A stretch of DNA of 55,080 nucleotides from Monosiga brevicollis MX1 (lineage: Eukaryota). The notes beneath the pieces are model-generated. The model saw only the letters and a list, made by a program, of their open reading frames with translations, ran no database searches and was not told where the DNA came from. Shown here one piece after another: positions 1 through 10,467 of the stretch (positions are counted from its first letter, which is position 1; each line of letters starts with the position of its first letter). A program made the translations under genes and the position numbers. The DNA lies in the NCBI RefSeq assembly GCF_000002865.3, contig NW_001865086.1:1-55080 (forward strand), read 5' to 3'.

Positions 1-73
1 CTGTTCTCCCTTGCCGTACACGGGTACGCCACCTCATGCTTGTTTTTGTTGTTCGGGCCCACCCCTGTTGCAG

Positions 74-529
74 TCGGCCAACTTTTTGGACATCAAGGGC
101 TTGTTGGATTCAGCTTGTCAGCAGGTGGCCATGCGCATTCGCGGCAAAAAATCCGAAGAGGTGCTGCGCCTCTTTGGAGTCCAAGACCAACCCACCGACG
201 AAGAACTGAAGCAAATCTTTTTGGAATACCCCTTTCTCATGGAAGGCTGCGAAAGCATTCCCGGTACGTGGTCTCGTCTTATTCAGCCCGCCCACCTTGA
301 GTCGAGTGTTCCCTTCCCACGTGTTTCTCTTGATCTTTTTTGCCCCGCGCCCGTCTGTATCATTTTGTTTCATGCTGCCCGCCTGATGGAAAGACAACAC
401 GCGCCCCCTCATCTTCCTTCCAACTGTAATGCGCATGGGTTTCCAAAAACAGAACACAAGCGTATCAAAGAAAAAATCCTGGAGGAGCGACGCGATGAGG
501 ATCCCCCATCGGCCGGTGATGCCATCTAG
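74..529 (+). CDS. SKP1-like protein, last two exons (74-263, 453-529); 5' part outside the window
   Basis: SANFLDIKGLLDSACQQVAMRIRGKKSEEVLRLF resembles the SKP1 dimerisation-domain consensus (AANYLDIKGLLD..CK.VA.MIKGK); CAG acceptor at 71-73, GT donor at 264, AG acceptor at 451-452 keep the frame to TAG at 527-529. Confidence 0.8.
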   Translation, partial: SANFLDIKGLLDSACQQVAMRIRGKKSEEVLRLFGVQDQPTDEELKQIFLEYPFLMEGCESIPGTWSRLIQPAHLESSVPFPRVSLDLFCPAPVCIILFHAARLMERQHAPPHLPSNCNAHGFPKTEHKRIKEKILEERRDEDPPSAGDAI

Positions 530-925
530 ACATGTGTGTTGCTCACCGTTTCCTGTCCCTTGCAAAGGACGCCGGCGCTGGGCGTCGACCGTCGTTTGTT
601 TGACCGTAGTCCTGGGCACATCCCCCACCCTCAATTTCTCCCCTGTATACGTGCGAGCACACAAGAGTCGACTCGGCCCGTGTTTTGAATTCAACCCTTG
701 CGCTCGCTTCCGTGTCGTTCACCCCGTCCCAGGCTTCGGATGATGCGCTGATGCCTCTGATTACATGAATGACATGTGGCGTCATAAAAAAAAATGAATT
801 TCTGTGCGCGCTCAAGGGCGTCCTGAAGAGAGGAAAGGGCTTGGTCCGTGCAAGCTCTCCTCTGCACCTAAAAAAATGAAAAACACAAACGACAACAACC
901 ATCACTGCCGCCATCGCCACCAGGT

Positions 926-2446
926 TTATGATTGGGCCGGGGTCGATGAGCTTTGAAAGTATTCGCGTGTATTGATAATCTGCGGCGGTCGCCAGTCGGC
1001 ACTACACGAGGATGAAGCAAAGGACACGCATAATTGGTCATGAGATACCATCGGCCTCTGCAAAGCGGGGGAAAAATAAAAATAAAAATAAAAAAAAAGT
1101 GCTTGGTTTCACCAAACTCACGAAATGGGAGAGGCTGCGTTGGCGGAAGCATTGCTTGCGTCGGCGTTGGCTGGCGCTTGGGTTGCATTGCCTCGCTGTG
1201 CCCCCCATCACCCAAAAAAAATGGACATAAAATGAGTGCCGACCAAGAGACCAAGGAGAAACAGGCTCGTCAAGATCAGAGCGGGCAGGACAATGGATGG
1301 GTGGAGCTGACCGAGAAGAAGGAAGTGAGTTTCATGCGACCTAGCATCGAGGACATGAGCGTCTTGTTGCCATCAAGGGCAGTGAGCTGGGATTCAACCT
1401 CATCCACGTTCGCGCGCAGTCCTTGCACCAAGGCCTATTCAAGTTGAGGAAGACGGAAGCACGGTGAATCGACAGGCCTGGCCTTCTCCGAGGGAAGCAA
1501 CTGGCCGAGGAACAACCACACATGGAGCAAAGGATCCGAGCACGCACGTCAAGCTGCTCAATGACCATGAAGAGACCCACGAGCTTCTCACAGTTGGCTT
1601 GAAGAGCAGGCAGCACCTTGTCTGTGAGCTCTTGGCGCTCTTGGGTTAGCTGCGGGCGAGGGGAGACAAGGCGCAGCATCAGTGGCCTTGGAGTGGAAAG
1701 GAAACAAAGAAAACGAGAGGCTATGTCGGGCATTGCAATCAAGCCAGGGCACCTACACTATCGACCACGCCCTGGGTCTCATCAATACGTGCCAGCAACA
1801 CCTCTGTGGCCGTGTCCACGTTGCTGAGCTGCGCACACGAACCAAGCGTGAGTACGAGTCGGCGTTTGGAGGAACCAGGCGTCGACCATGCCATCAAGGC
1901 GTATTCCATTCAATCTCTCTTCCTCTCACAACAGGCCACTTCAAAGCGAGAGCGTACCTCTTTGCGAACAACATCGACGTCCAGGCGGGCATAGCTGGCG
2001 TACTGAGTCGCAATCTCCTGAATAAGGGCTTGAATGTCAGTGGCCTCGGGCTCGGGGGCCTCCTTTTCGTCAATGGCCTGACTCGGCGCATCAGGTTGAG
2101 CCACAGCTTCTTCCGCCTGCTTTGCTGGCACCTGCTTTTTCGGCTCCGGCTCCGACTCTGCTTTCTCTGCGGCAGGCTTTGACAAGTCACTGGACGATGC
2201 TGGTGGCGCGGTGGTGACGGGCGCCTCCGGCTCATGATCGTTGCTCGCCTGTGAATTTTCACCGTCCACTTGACCATCCGGCCCCACAACTGGCTCTGCT
2301 TCACTCTTTTCTACCTGCCCCACAGGCTCCTCCACCCCTGTCGTCGGCTTGGCAGCAGTGCTGCTGTCATCACCACGGCCATCACCGCCGCCGCCGCCGC
2401 CGTCGCCAGTGTTTTTGCGATTTTTTCGATTCTTGTTCTTGCCCAT
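926..2446 (-). CDS. BLOC1S4: BLOC-1 subunit 4 (cappuccino) homolog, multi-exon, with an acidic/Pro-rich N-terminal extension
   Basis: Spliced reading gives IATQYASYARLDVDVVRKE / LSNVDTATEVLLARIDETQGVVDS / LTQERQELTDKVLPALQANCEKLVGLFMVIEQLD / ALVQGLRANVDEVESQLTALD...LTSFFS / ...WRPPQIINTREYF, collinear by eye with cappuccino/BLOC1S4 (LLTRVDEF, RIDRLEAFV, PVLFRTEDYF); GT-AG junctions; TAA at 926-928. Confidence 0.75.
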
Positions 2447-3061
2447 TGTCGTTGATGGTATAATAAAATAAACTCCTCGGATCTAAACCATGGCTTTATT
2501 TCCCAGGATGGTATTTTATCTTCAAGTGCGTTCTTCGCATTTTTTCTTTGCCTCTGTGGCTTTTTGCCCTTTCCCTTTGACTTCTTCTGCTTCTTGCCCT
2601 TTTTGGCAGCGGTCTCGGTATCGATATTGGCATCGGCGGGCTGGCTTGACCTGTGTCTTGCTTTGTGTGCGCGTGGTGGCTGATCGCTTGTGCTGGATAC
2701 GGGACTCTCCTGGTCGGGGCCTTGGGGCGACGCCAGAACGTTTTGATTGATGCTGCCGTTTTTTTGCTTTCAGTGAGGCTTCTGATCTCGCCGACGTGCG
2801 CTTGGGCAAACAAGTAAACCTGTCCTCGCAACTGACCACCGAGAACTGTTGGCCAAAGGTGGGTCGTTTGTTGTAACAGGCAGAGAAGAGCAAGACCCCG
2901 CTGACCCGACTGCCGTTTTGGAAACGGCGCGCGCACGTCGAGTCCGAATTCTGGGTTGTCAGACGAGTTGTACTTGGAGGGGGCTCATGAGATTGGTGGT
3001 GGATAGAGAAGCAAGCAAAGCGGTTTGAAGCGGATGGTGAATAGAGAGAGATACCGTTGCC

Positions 3062-6000
3062 ATGAGTGCTGATGGAAAGCAGCTGTACAGGGCGTGTCGT
3101 TCATCAGATCCACAAGAGGCGCTGCGGCTGTTGACCAGTTGGGACCAACAACGCATTCGAGATGCTGTCCAATACAGATTGGTACGTATGCTGTTTGGTA
3201 TGATATTGTGTGATGTCAGTTACACTTTGAATATGTCACTGAATGGGGTGACGTTATGGTATAACATGGGACATATACTGCATGTTTGCATCATCCCACA
3301 GGATGGCTATACACCACTGCACAATGCCTGCGGTAACGGTCATGTCAAGGTGGTGGAGATGCTGTTGAAGCACGGTGCTGATGCTAAAGCCAAGGCCAAC
3401 GTCAGTACAGTACCTCCCTCTTCCCCTTTACCCCCCTATGATGGTGCACCTGTACCACATGATGATGATGCTGTACCTGTACGTCATGCTGATGCATCAT
3501 CCCACAGGATGGCTATACACCACTGCACCGGGCCTGTCGTAAGGGTCATGTTAAGGTGGTGGAGATGCTGTTGCAGCAGGTGCTGATACTAAAGCCAAGA
3601 CCAACGTCAGTACAGTACCTCCCTCTTCCCCCCTTTACCCCCTATGATGGTGCACCTGGACCACATGATGATGATGCTGTACCTGTACGTCACGCTGATG
3701 CATCATCCCACAGGGTGACTGGACACCACTGCACCAGGCCTGCCTTCACGGTCATGACAAGGTGGTGGAGATGCTGTTGCAGTACGGTGCTGATACTAAA
3801 GCCAAGACCAACGTCAGTACAGTACCTCCCTCTTCCCCCCTTTACCCCCTATGATGGTGCACCTGGACCACATGATGATGATGCTGTACCTGTACGTCAC
3901 GCTGATGCATCATCCCACAGGGTGACTGGACACCACTGCACCGGGCCTGTCGTAAGGGTCATGTTAAGGTGGTGGAGATGCTGTTGCAGCACGGTGCTGA
4001 TACTAAAGCCAAGACCAACGTCAGTACAGTACCTCCCTCTTCCCCCCTTTACCCCCTATGATGGTGCACCTGGACCACATGATGATGATGATGGTGATGC
4101 TGTACCTGTACGTCATGCTGATGCATCATCCCACAGAATGGCGTTACACCACTGCACGATGCCTGCTATACGGGTCATGACAAGGTGGTGGAGATGCTGT
4201 TGCAGCACGGTGCTGATACTGAAGCCAAGATCAGCGTCAGTACAGTACCTCCCTCTTCCCCCCTTTACCCTCCTGGCTGCTGCTCCCCGCTGCTCGTCGC
4301 CTTTGTCCCCCGTCCCTCGCTCCTCTACACCCTGCCCACCCGTGCGCGTCCGTTCTCCCTCCCCCTTGCTCCCTTTCTTCTTTTCCCGCTATTCCTTTCC
4401 TGCGCTTGTTTCGCGTCTGCGCTTTGTCGGTGCTCCCCGCGCCCCGCCCCGTTCCCTGCTGGTCTCTTGCCTTTGCCGTCCTTGCTCTTCCCCTTTTTCT
4501 GATGTTGTGACTTTAGTCCGTCCATCCCTGGCCATCGCGCCTCTGCCTCCCCTCGCACGCTCCAGCGGCTTTCGGTGGCCGTATCTTCTGTTTTGTCCCC
4601 GACACGGGTGACGTTGCTGTTTTTTCTTTTTTTCTTTTTTTTTGTTGTTTTTCTCCAAACGCGCCTCCTTTCGGACCCCTGCTACCTGCCCGCACCATTT
4701 GTACAATGCCCTCGCATCTGGCGGCTCTGACACACTCTGCAGCATTTTTACCTCGCCTTTTTTATGAGAAAGCAAATGCACACCGCCCAACTCAACCCTC
4801 GCGTCGCTGCCCACCTCACACGCTCCAATCACATGTTCTCAGGATGGCAGAACGCCCCTCGATGTCGGACGTCAAGAAGGACACGGCGACAAGCTGGAGC
4901 CCGTGTTTGCTGCTCACGAGGCTCGCCTGGCGCAACCACCCGCCCCCTTCGCTACGCTCACGCCTGCACCGCCTTCCGCCTGGCTGCCGCCTCTGCCCAC
5001 CACCCCCACCCTCGAGGTGAGCCTGCTCCCCTATCTTGTTCTCCCAATGCAATCCCCACGGCCTTATCCACCTGATCACGATCATTGGCACCACACAACC
5101 CCCCATTAGACCACGGCCTCTGTTGTGGTGGCGGTGGACACTTGCCTCAGGCCACTCCTGCCGGAGCACACCACCAGCCATCCCCTCCCCCACCTCGATG
5201 CCTTTATCAACGGTGCCGCCAAACAAAACCCCAATCTTGCAACGGCGGTTGCGGATATCCAGAGAACCATCAATGAAGCACCACCAGAGTTTCCCGCCAT
5301 GGACTGGGCTGCCTTTCAGGCGACTACCACCCAGGCTCTCAACGCACTCGACCAGGCGCTGGCAGCGCCCGAAGCGTTGAACAACCGCTTGGGTCAATTG
5401 GACCCCAGTACTGACGACCTAGAAACAGTACTCCAAGAGCTGCACGATGTCACAACTGGCTTCGAGCTGCAGCCTGCTCTTCTTGAGCTTCAGACTGCGT
5501 TGGCAGCATGCCCCGTTCCACCCACCGCGCCAGTAGTCGCGCCCAAAACGCCACCCACCGACCTGGCAGCGGCCCTGAGCAAAGTCATCATTATGAGCGC
5601 CGTGGAACCCAAGCGTCAAGAGCTGCTCACCAGCGCCAACAGCAACCTCAAGCGCCTAGTGCTGGCCTTGATCGATGCCCTGGGCGTCGTGGCAAAAGCG
5701 GGAACCACCGACACAATTCATCGCGTAGAGACGCTACGGCAATGCGCGCAATGCGTGGATGCAAGTGCACCACCTCAACCGGAGGCATTGCCCGAGGCCT
5801 GGAAGGCGCTGTGCCAAGCTCACGAGAAGCTGAGCCTACTCGAGCAAAATGGTCTCGAGCAAATTGCTCAGTGGCAACCACCTCCAGACTACGAACATCA
5901 GGATTGGTACTTGGCGTTTGTGCACCACGAGTCGCAAGCTTTGGCGCAGCAGTTGCAAGACATGATCGACTGGCAGGCCACGACGCTCTCCGTGTTGGCC

Positions 6001-8265
6001 TCGTGCATGAGTCATGTGGACAGTTTGACTCAAGACGTTGATGATGAATCGGTTGCTGCCCGCGACGAACTAACCAAGGTGGAGACTGAGATTCAAGGAT
6101 TCCACACGGCTCTACAACATCTGCCTGAAGCTGTTCGGTCTGGTCTCGAGCAGGAACTCAAAAAGCTAGAAGAGCGACGCAACACCTTGCGACAACAATT
6201 ATCAGATCAGCCACACGTGGACCACGTTGCAGAGCTCGCCCAGCTGCTGCACCAACACTTCCCAGGACTGCTGGTCTTTCTGCACCCTGAACAGAGCACG
6301 CTGGGAGCGCGCCTCCGCACTGTGCTTGGACCCGACCTTCCAGCCAGTCTGATCTTGGAGGCCATGACCGAAGTAGACCGAACGTTGTCGCTCTCCAGCC
6401 TGGGTCAGCTGTCGCTCCAATACAGCCAGAATCACAAGGTGTATAAAGCCCGCGCAACGCTGCCGAATCTTCCTGAGCAAGATTTGGCTGTCAAAGAGTA
6501 TGCACTCGCTGAGCAGCATAAGCAGGATCAGTGTCGTACGTTTCTCCGCGAACTCCGCGCGATGCGCCAGCTTGAGCACCCACACATCATTCCGGTCCTC
6601 GGCGCGCTCGTGGACGTACACAGTGGCCACCCGAGCGCATACCTGGTACAGCCATGGTGTGCACAGGGTGATTTGCAGCAGTGGCTCAGCAAGGCGCGCC
6701 ACCTGGCCACCTCGACCGTGATTTCGAGTCTGATGACTCAGCTGCGCACGGCCCTGGCGTTTATGCATAGCAAGGGCCTGGTGCATCGGGATGTCAAGCT
6801 GAGCAACGTCATGCTGGACGGTGCAGAGGACCAGCCCGTCGTGCGGCTGGGCGACTTTGACATTGCCAAGGCCGCGGCCGAAGCCACCATGCTACCATGC
6901 ACAGCCACCGCGTCGTCAGGCACGACTGGCTATGTGGCACCGGAGCTGCTATTTGGCATGGGTCGTGTGGGTGCACGACCGGCACAGGATGCCTTTTCCT
7001 TTGGCTGCGTGCTGTACAACACATACATGTTCCCACAAACGGTGCCACCTGCTCACCCACGGGACGATGAGGTTGTGGACCAATGCAGCTGGAGCATACA
7101 AGCAGGAGAGTCTGACTGCGACTTTCCGCATTTGGCTGCTGAGGTGAGCAATACCGCGATGCCTCTTGACCTGCAACTGGGCACCGTGCCTCTTATGTGA
7201 TTGAAATTCACTTGTGCTGTCCTTTGCTGAAGATGTGCGATTCATCGAGTGATTTGTACAAGGAAACGCGGGCTTTGCTTGCAACAGATCCAAAGCAACG
7301 GCCAAGCCTTTTCAGCGCCAAGCAGATTTCGCAGCAGTTTGCCATCGCTCAAGTTGGGCCAGCCATTGATGTCTTGCGCGATGCGCCCGAGCTCATGTCA
7401 GAGGTGCGTTGCTTGTTAACTGTTTTGTTCTTCCGCGGATCGTCTGATTTGAATCTACTGGGTGGGTAGGTGGGTGAGCTACTGAAGCAGCTGAACACCG
7501 GTGGACAGGGACCAGTGAATATTGCAGTGCAACGAGTGGAGCGCGTGCACAACCCCGTGCTGTGGGAGCGCTACAGCGCCAAGCGACGAGAGATGTTGCA
7601 TCGTATCAAAAATCAAGTGCACTATGATCAGCTCCAAACGGCCACATCAGATGCACCCTCGGGCTCTCTAGCTCTGCTTCGCGATGCATCCTGTCAAGAG
7701 CGCCTGTTGCTCCACGGCATCGCCCCTGACACAATGTTGCGCGACAAGATTGTGCGCCTGGGCCTTGACCAGCGTTTTGCTGGCAACAGTGCCGGCCACC
7801 GCTTTGGTCTCGGTGTTTACTTGGCGGACAATCCCGGCAAGGTATGGCAGCGCTGGCTGTCAATCTCATCTGTCTACCCAAGTGCTGTGGTGCTGACGCA
7901 ATGTGCTTACATGATTTCAGAGTCATCAGTATGCCAGTGCCGGACCCAACGGCGAACGAATGCTTGTCATCACGCGAGCCCTGCTGGGTCATGCCTTTGT
8001 CCACCCATCACCTCCTTCTGGGGCGCTGGCGCCACCGCTCCTGCCCGATGCGCCCAACAACGAGCGGTGCGTTGGGCAAAATCGACCATCTGTTGCATGT
8101 TGTCTCTGTCCGCCTCCTGATCTGACTGTTATGTTGCGCCGGCCATTTTACTTTTGCAGGTATGACTCGGTTGTCGCGACACCCTCTGGGCAGTTCCATG
8201 AGGTGATTGTGTTTGAGAATGCCCAAATCTATCCCGAGCTGGTTGTATACTACACGGCCAATTAG
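3062..8265 (+). CDS. Ankyrin-helical-kinase-PARP protein, copy 1. Exons 3062-3181, 3302-3400, 3508-3605 (98 bp, frameshifted), 3714-3812, 3921-4019, 4137-4235, 4843-5016, 5110-7143, 7233-7403, 7470-7841, 7921-8066, 8160-8265
   Basis: TPLH..C..GH..VVEMLL..GAD ankyrin exons; kinase motifs [37 protein letters not shown] motifs [33 protein letters not shown]; junctions GT-AG and phase-compatible except for the 98-bp exon. Confidence 0.88.
3302..4270 (+). repeat. Tandem array of five ankyrin exon+intron units (~205-215 bp period)
   Basis: Repeated intron gtcagtacagtacctccctcttcccc...gatgatgatg...gatgcatcatcccacag between 99-bp exons. Confidence 0.95.
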
Positions 8266-8718
8266 GATGAACTGGACTAGGTGCTAGTTTGTTGTGAGCG
8301 GCAAATTTGTTGTTCAGTTGCTTTTGCACACAATCAGCGTAATCTACCATGGGTTTTCCCACAGGAACCCCTATGAGCCGGTGTGACTTCATTTCCTGAC
8401 TAAAATACGCACCTCCACGGACTGGGTTGCCCCCCCTCCCCCCGTATTTTAGGGGTCATGCGTCGACCCCGCGAGCTTTGTGTACGTGTAATGTCTTGGC
8501 AGACGCCTTGTCTGATAAGCCCGTGTTCATTGTTGTTCGTTGTTATCTGTTTGCTGTGACATGCACTTTCCTTGAGCGTCTCTACAGCCATTTCGATGGT
8601 GCACCTGTTCTGGTCTGGTCACTGTGAATGCTTTGCCGACCGAAGCTGGTTCAATTGACCTCACGACACCACCAGTTTCTTGTTTCGTCCCGACGGACGT
8701 CGTTCAAACCGCTTTCAG

Positions 8719-9237
8719 AATGCCTCGTCAACACGACCCGCTTCCTTGCAAACCCAACACTGGCCTTTGACATGCTGTGGAGCCTGACAGCTGGCTGTCT
8801 CTGAATGAACGGCATACCTTTCCATACATGGATCAGGAAAACAGCATGCTGTTTTTTCATGTATTTACTGCTGAGCAAGCCTCTGGAGCACAGGCTGAGC
8901 CGTTGGCTGGAGAAGCGGGGCAGGCTGGACACGCCCGACGACTATGTTGTGCATTTCGTTGACAAACGACCACGTACCTGTATCGGCCAACGGTTGAGGT
9001 ACGCCGCGACCTTTTTGGATGTCGCACTTCGTGATTAATCGACTCTCGGCCGAGACGACCAGCGCCCTTTGCAGCCTGATCCACACTCAAGCTCGGCACT
9101 TTGGAGACACGGCCGAGCAAATGACCATGTGCAAACCAAGATGCATCGCGTGGTCTCGCATCAATGGCATGCTTTGTTTGGACGAGATGGCAAAGTGCAG
9201 CATGGCCGAGTTGACAGCAACCCAAGCAGCATTGGAA
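8719..9237 (+). pseudogene. Decayed coding exon of unknown type upstream of the second PARP cassette
   Basis: Peptide-like reading (FLANPTLAFDMLWSL...LEHRLSRWLEKRG...RTCIGQRL...AETTSAL...ELTATQAALE) conserved in all three copies, with an in-frame TGA and a 1-nt frameshift in the T-run near 9012-9017; candidate donor at 9238. Confidence 0.45.
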
Positions 9238-9344
9238 GTTTGCTATATTCCATCAGTTGGAACCCGGTGACTGACCTATCGCCCGAGGCAAATCTTGTTG
9301 CCACGGTATTGTTGTTGTTGTTGACATGTGGTGTTTGTGTGCAG

Positions 9345-10467
9345 ATGTGCGAGGCGACGAGCGATTTGTACAAGGAAACACGAGCCTTGCTTGCAACAGA
9401 TCCGAAGCAGCGGCCAACTCTCTTCAGCACCGGGCAGAGTGTGCAGCGACCTGTTACGACCCAAGTTGTTGGGCCAGCCATTGACGTTTTACGCGACGCA
9501 CCCGAGCTCATCCCCGAGGTGCGTTGCTTGCCGTTATCGTCATAATAGTATGATTATTTTTATCTTGACAAGCCGACTGATGGAAGTTCATTGTGTATAT
9601 AGGTGGCTGAGCTGCTACAGCAGTTGAGCACGGACGGGCGAGGGCCAAGCAACGTTGTTGTGAAGCGGGTGGAGCGCGTGCACAACCCCGTGCTGTGGGA
9701 ACGCTACAGTGCTAAGCGACGCGAGATGCTGGATCGCATCACAAGGAAGGAGCACCTTTGTCCTCTTGTAACCTTCACAACGGACGCGCTCTCGGGCTGT
9801 CCAGCTTTGCTTCGGGATACACCCTGTCAAGAGCGCCTGCTGCTCCACGGCATCGCCCCCGACACCGAGCGATCGCTGCGCGACAAGATTGTGCGCCTGG
9901 GCCTCGACTATCGCTTCGCCGGTAGCAGCAGCGGCCATCTGTATGGTCTTGGTGTTTACTTGGCTGACCATCCCGGCAAGGTGCGGCGGCGCTGTCTTGC
10001 AGGTTTAATTTGATCGTATTTGCTATCGCTGCTCACAGGCGCGGTGTCGGCATGGCTGTAGAGTCATCAATATGCAAAGCCTGGACCCAACGGTGAACGC
10101 ATGGTCATCATCGCGCGAGCCCTGTTGGGCCGTGCCTTTGTCCATGAATCGCCTCGTTCTGGAGCGCTGGCCCCTCCGCCTCTACCCAACCGGCGTAGCA
10201 ACCATGAGCGGTGCGTTGGGCAGACTTTCCTTTTTTTTTTATTATTATTTTTTTTTCCCTTTATGCATGTGAGGCTTAGCCGAGTTGCCTTCTGGCCGCC
10301 TTCTGACCCAACCTGACTGTTACGTCTGCCTTTTCTACAGATATGACTCGGTTGTCGCGATGCCGCCTGGGCGCGGTTTTCACGAGGTGATCATCTTTGA
10401 GAATGACCAAATCTATCCCGAGTTGGTGGTGTGCTACACGAGCGATAGGATGGGGCGTGTTGTTTGA
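9345..10467 (+). CDS. Second kinase-tail + PARP exon cassette (module B), intact. Exons 9345-9518, 9603-9980, 10062-10210, 10341-10467
   Basis: Same four-exon structure as 7233-8265; [31 protein letters not shown]; open frame across all junctions. Confidence 0.8.

Noticed and set aside
3302..4270. Regular repeats with variable inserts resembling a CRISPR array
   Set aside because: The units are GT-AG introns plus ankyrin exons in a eukaryotic gene; no cas genes are present
3556..4611. 351-aa repetitive ORF ([13 protein letters not shown]...)
   Set aside because: Off-frame read-through of the ankyrin exon/intron array
8950..9010. RPRTCIGQRL resembling the cytochrome P450 heme motif
   Set aside because: Lacks the FxxG glycine, and no ExxR or PERF motifs are visible; probably coincidental
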